From Candidatus Multivorans sp. (lineage in GTDB: Bacteria; Acidobacteriota; Thermoanaerobaculia; Multivoradales; Multivoraceae), in NCBI GenBank assembly GCA_965205095.1, contig OZ242040.1, forward strand, positions 640,553 to 704,552: a stretch of DNA of 64,000 bases, read 5' to 3'. Below, piece after piece: positions 60,581 to 64,000 of this stretch (the first letter of the stretch is position 1; each line of letters starts with the position of its first letter). Position numbers and translations under genes: made by a program. The notes under the pieces are model-generated. The model was not told the DNA's origin. It worked only from the letters and a program-made list of their open reading frames with translations, and searched no databases.

Positions 60581-60635
60581 CGACCGTTCCCACGTCATCG
60601 TGACGTTCACCCTGCCGTCACAACGGAGAGCGAGA

Positions 60636-61574
60636 CTACGCTTCGAGCCGCGGGCCGAACTCCACCGCAATCGGCTCGTCAAAGGCAGGCGAGTCCGGCC
60701 GCCACGAGAGCCGCGCGGTCCTCTTCGCCAGCTTGGGAGCGGCATACACGTAACGCTGATCGTAGGCGTGGTAGATCGCGTCCATGAAACCCTCGATGCG
60801 GAGGAGACTCGCGGCCTGAGGCCAATGGGAGAGCACGGCCCGGCGTTCGGGATCGATCATCGCCAGAGCCAGCGCCTCGTAACGCGAAATGTCGTTTCGC
60901 ACGCCGTCGCGGCCCGCAAGTCCGAGCAGAACATCGTGATAGCGAGTAATCGATTCGACCACTTCGCCATCTCCGCGGACGGCGATGTCGTTGGCGGCCA
61001 CGTTCCCCCCATCGTCGGCCTTCAGGAAGTGCGCCGCCTCGGGCGCAAGCGGGCCTTCCCGGTTGGCCCGGATGACGTGAAGGAAACCGTAGACGAGGTT
61101 CGGATAGGAGATGTGGAGGTTGGTGCAGTCCCCAACCGCCTCTTCCATGCGGTTCGTCAGGTTCCGGAAGGCGTTGAGCGTGCCCTTGATCGACACCGCG
61201 ACACACGGCCCGATACCTGGCTTGCTGACGACAACATCCACGTCCTTCGTCTTCAAGCCTCCCAGCACCGTCAGCTCGCCTCCCGCCGCGCTTTCCGGGT
61301 CGTGAACCAGCATGTGGCCGCCACGCGAGCGGCGCACCGAGAAAGGCGGTCGCGGAACGATGTCGTCCGGGTGAAAGCCGCCCTCAACTACGAGCCGGCA
61401 GGCGATGTACCAATGCAGGGGCCGGATGTGGGCCTGGCTCTGGGGCTTTTCAGGCACGGAAACGAACGCGTCGAGGGCCTCGGAGAGCCCGATCCACTGG
61501 CAGCGATTCGCCTGTCTAGCCACGATGCCGCCACCGGCGCAGGATCTCGACTCCCTCCCGGAGGTCGCGCTCAT
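60636..61574 (-). CDS. Putative type II restriction endonuclease (PaeR7I/XhoI-like motifs)
   Basis: KDVDVV...AVSIKG...FRNLTNRMEEAVGD; overlaps the methyltransferase gene; start could be GTG at 61523. Confidence 0.7.
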   Translation of the reverse strand: MSATSGRESRSCAGGGIVARQANRCQWIGLSEALDAFVSVPEKPQSQAHIRPLHWYIACRLVVEGGFHPDDIVPRPPFSVRRSRGGHMLVHDPESAAGGELTVLGGLKTKDVDVVVSKPGIGPCVAVSIKGTLNAFRNLTNRMEEAVGDCTNLHISYPNLVYGFLHVIRANREGPLAPEAAHFLKADDGGNVAANDIAVRGDGEVVESITRYHDVLLGLAGRDGVRNDISRYEALALAMIDPERRAVLSHWPQAASLLRIEGFMDAIYHAYDQRYVYAAPKLAKRTARLSWRPDSPAFDEPIAVEFGPRLEA

Positions 61575-62988
61575 CGTCAGAACTCACGTCGCCGTTCAGA
61601 CTCACGAGAACGTTCAGCGCTTCGCGCGGCTCCAACTTCAACACACCGCCTCCCAGCGGGTGGCCCTCGACTTCGCAACTGAGACGGGTGAGGGCCGTGT
61701 CCCACCGCCGACGAAGGCGAGATGCCGGAACACCCGCGCCGTTCAGCCGGACGCCGTGGACCGCATTGGTGCACGCGCAGCGCGCCCGGTTCTCGACCAG
61801 AGCTGGCCCCTTCCCACTCATGTAGGAGAGGAAGAGATCGGGCACGTACACATGCGGCACCGCGTACCACGGGGTTCGGACGCGGCACTTGTAGCGCTGC
61901 CGCACCTCCCTACCGGTATCCGAATCCAGGTACCGCCTGACCGCATCGGGCAGCGGCGTCTCGGCGCCGAGCGCGAGCAGGAAGTTCGGCCGATCGTTCT
62001 CCCGCCAAGCCGCGACCGTCTCCTCGGTTATGGCTCCGGCCTGCAGTTCCCGGCCGCTACGCACGGTAGGCCGGAACAGCTTCCCCGGGATTCCCAGTTC
62101 CTCCGCTTCAGACGGGCGGAGGTGAAAGAAGTCGTTGGCACCGGAAACGTAGCCGATTCCTACATCGGCCACGCGCCCGAGTGAGGTGGTCTGTTCGGAG
62201 CCTCTGAGTCTCTCGTAGGCGTCGCGAACCCGGCTCGGCAAGAGCATCGGCCGAAGCCGAGAGCCCCAGCGCCGCCACTCCCGGACCGACACGCGAGTGT
62301 CGGCTAGCGGTGGTTCGGACCGGAACACGAAACGCTCGTGGAGCGCGAGGTCAAAGTGACTCGTCCTCCCGCCAAAGCCGTCGGCGTAGAGGAGCCAGAC
62401 ATCTTCCGACAGGTCGGCGAAGAGCTTCTGCCGGACTGCAACCAACTGCACATCGTCGAAGTGGCTGGCGAACCAGTCGAGGACCGGGGCCGCGTAAGGG
62501 GCATGGCCGATCTCGGCGGGCACGACGAAAGCCATCCGCCCACCAGGCCGAAGCAGAGAGGCCGTCACGATCAGGTACGGCGCCCAGGATGACGAGAGCC
62601 CCGACAACTTGGCGCCCAGGGAGGCGCAGAGTCTCAGAGCCTGCCGTCGCGTCTCGCCGGTGAACCGCTGATAGCGGATGAAGGGCGGGTTACCGGCGGC
62701 ACAATCGAAGCGCTGTGTCGTCGACGCGGCCCAGTCGAAGAAGTCGGCACACTCCACGGTTCCGCGAGGCGCCGCCTCTGTCGCGCTGGAGACGGCTGTT
62801 TCGTCGCAATCAACACCAGTGCTTCGGGGGTGCAGCGCGAGGAACCGGCCGTCGCCGCAGGACGGGTCAAGCATGTGCTCGTCCGGATCCCGAACGGCCC
62901 ATCGAACCAGCGCAGCGGCCGTTTCAGGTGGTGTGTAGTAGGCCCCTCGGGCCTTCTGGTCGGTTACTTGATGCTCGACCGCCACCAT
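61516..62988 (-). CDS. N6-adenine DNA methyltransferase (gamma class)
   Basis: GAYYTP, LDPSCGDGRF, GNPPF, L.PGGR.AFVVP, GGGVLKLEP. Confidence 0.92.
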   Translation of the reverse strand: MVAVEHQVTDQKARGAYYTPPETAAALVRWAVRDPDEHMLDPSCGDGRFLALHPRSTGVDCDETAVSSATEAAPRGTVECADFFDWAASTTQRFDCAAGNPPFIRYQRFTGETRRQALRLCASLGAKLSGLSSSWAPYLIVTASLLRPGGRMAFVVPAEIGHAPYAAPVLDWFASHFDDVQLVAVRQKLFADLSEDVWLLYADGFGGRTSHFDLALHERFVFRSEPPLADTRVSVREWRRWGSRLRPMLLPSRVRDAYERLRGSEQTTSLGRVADVGIGYVSGANDFFHLRPSEAEELGIPGKLFRPTVRSGRELQAGAITEETVAAWRENDRPNFLLALGAETPLPDAVRRYLDSDTGREVRQRYKCRVRTPWYAVPHVYVPDLFLSYMSGKGPALVENRARCACTNAVHGVRLNGAGVPASRLRRRWDTALTRLSCEVEGHPLGGGVLKLEPREALNVLVSLNGDVSSDDERDLREGVEILRRWRHRG

Positions 62989-63096
62989 CGCGGAGACACG
63001 CGGGCAATGGCCCCACGCGCGAGCCGAGACTACACCGTCGTGAGTCGCTCCGGGACGCCAAACCGCGGCTCGGCGGGGCGGTCTACTGGTCGACGG

Positions 63097-63285
63097 TCAC
63101 TCCGCCTTGCCGAGCGTCCCCTCCACACTCATCTCCATCGACATGGACATGGACATCGAGGAGGCGCCGGCCGGCTGACCTTCCACCTGAGGCATCTCCA
63201 TCACCATGTCGGTGTCCATGGTCATGTTCATGCTGTAGGCCAAGGTCAGCCCGGTGGACTCATCGACTCCCATGAATCCGACCAC
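63097..63285 (-). pseudogene. Met-rich C-terminal gene fragment of unknown family
   Basis: Host-like codon usage and beta-strand alternation (SMNMTMDTDM, SMSMSMEMSVEG); in-frame stop just upstream and no evident RBS. Confidence 0.4.
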
Positions 63286-63347
63286 CGGTCACCAGTTGAT
63301 CGTAGTCACTTCCAACGACGAGCGCAGCCACGAGAGCGGCCTAGCGA

Positions 63348-63608
63348 TCACTCCAGCGGTGCGATCGCGCCCGGCTCTTCCGACTGCTGGCCCCGCCTCC
63401 AGGCCTGCCGCAACTCGTTTCGGTGCAGGCAGGCCCACTCGGCTACCAGACCCAGGGCTCTGGGCGGAAGGCGTCCCTTGAACACGGTCGACTGCTCGAC
63501 CCCGATCAACGCCAACGCACCGCCGTACCGGGCGTGGAAGTGTGCAGGGGGTGTGTCCCCCTTCTCCATCTCGATGACGATTCCGTAGAACCGGCTGACT
63601 TCATACAT
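63348..63608 (-). CDS. DUF4160 domain protein
   Basis: SRFYGIVI.M....PAHFHARYG, GRLPPRAL.LV.EW...H..EL...W, IAPLE. Confidence 0.85.
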   Translation of the reverse strand: MYEVSRFYGIVIEMEKGDTPPAHFHARYGGALALIGVEQSTVFKGRLPPRALGLVAEWACLHRNELRQAWRRGQQSEEPGAIAPLE

Positions 63609-63689
63609 CCGTGGAGGCAGCTTCTTCCTCTCGCAGCACGAATCTTCCGAGCGGTCTCCAAGCGTACCAGTGCTGTCCGACCGAACGTC

Positions 63690-64000
63690 CTACGTCCGAC
63701 CGCGGCTGTCAGGCATTCCCTGGCTCCCGCTATCCGCCGCGGGCTCCTCTGTTGCCTCGAGGTCCAGATCGGCTGTGGTCGTGACCTTCGTCCGCGCCGG
63801 GATGTCCCGCGTGACGACGCAGTTCACGCCGATGAAGACATCGTCGCCAATCTCGATCTTTCCGATCAGCCGGCTGCCGGCGCCGACGAAGACGCTGTCA
63901 CCCAGCATCGGCATCTCGTCCAACCGCTTGCCGGTCGGGGCGCCGATCGTCACCTGGTGGAGCAATGTTCCGTTCCTGCCGATGCGAACCCCGGCGCCGA
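63690..64000 (-). CDS. Hexapeptide-repeat (serine acetyltransferase-like) protein, C-terminal part; 5'-truncated by the window edge
   Basis: HQVTIG, P.LGDSVFVGAGS, IGDDVFIGVNCVVTRDIP. Confidence 0.8.
   Translation of the reverse strand, partial: GAGVRIGRNGTLLHQVTIGAPTGKRLDEMPMLGDSVFVGAGSRLIGKIEIGDDVFIGVNCVVTRDIPARTKVTTTADLDLEATEEPAADSGSQGMPDSRGRT

Overview
A high-GC bacterial chromosomal window. The gene content (a VWFA-related protein, two DUF5916-type barrel proteins, DUF6152, an Oar-like TonB receptor) suggests Acidobacteriota; this is an inference. Most genes are transport and catabolic genes: PQQ dehydrogenase, TrkH, a Na+/solute symporter, S9 peptidase, alkyl sulfatase, SNF2 helicase, acyl-CoA dehydrogenase, and an acyl-CoA carboxylase/hydratase set joined to an alternative complex III/Qrc-like operon. 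The most notable region is 17.4-24.7 kb, a bacteriocin/RiPP-like locus. It encodes a membrane-anchored CxxC oxidoreductase, a stand-alone C39 peptidase with an N-terminal hydrophobic segment, and four tandem Cys-containing precursor peptides. Three of these combine a Sec-type signal peptide with an internal double-glycine-type leader. An ABC permease, an ABC ATPase and two Yip1 proteins follow. The transporter module is bracketed by two homologous ~135-nt rod-like structured elements, each behind its own sigma70-like promoter (candidate undescribed ncRNA). Other observations: a 72-73 bp periodic triple palindrome next to an AlbA/Schlafen-type gene, a MITE-like inverted repeat, and a defence-type island at 56-63.6 kb (VapBC, NucS-like nuclease, pRiA4b ORF3, stand-alone TIR, decayed EEP nuclease, type II R-M, DUF4160). 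No rRNA, tRNA or CRISPR array was recognised. All family calls come from motif recognition by eye, not from database searches.
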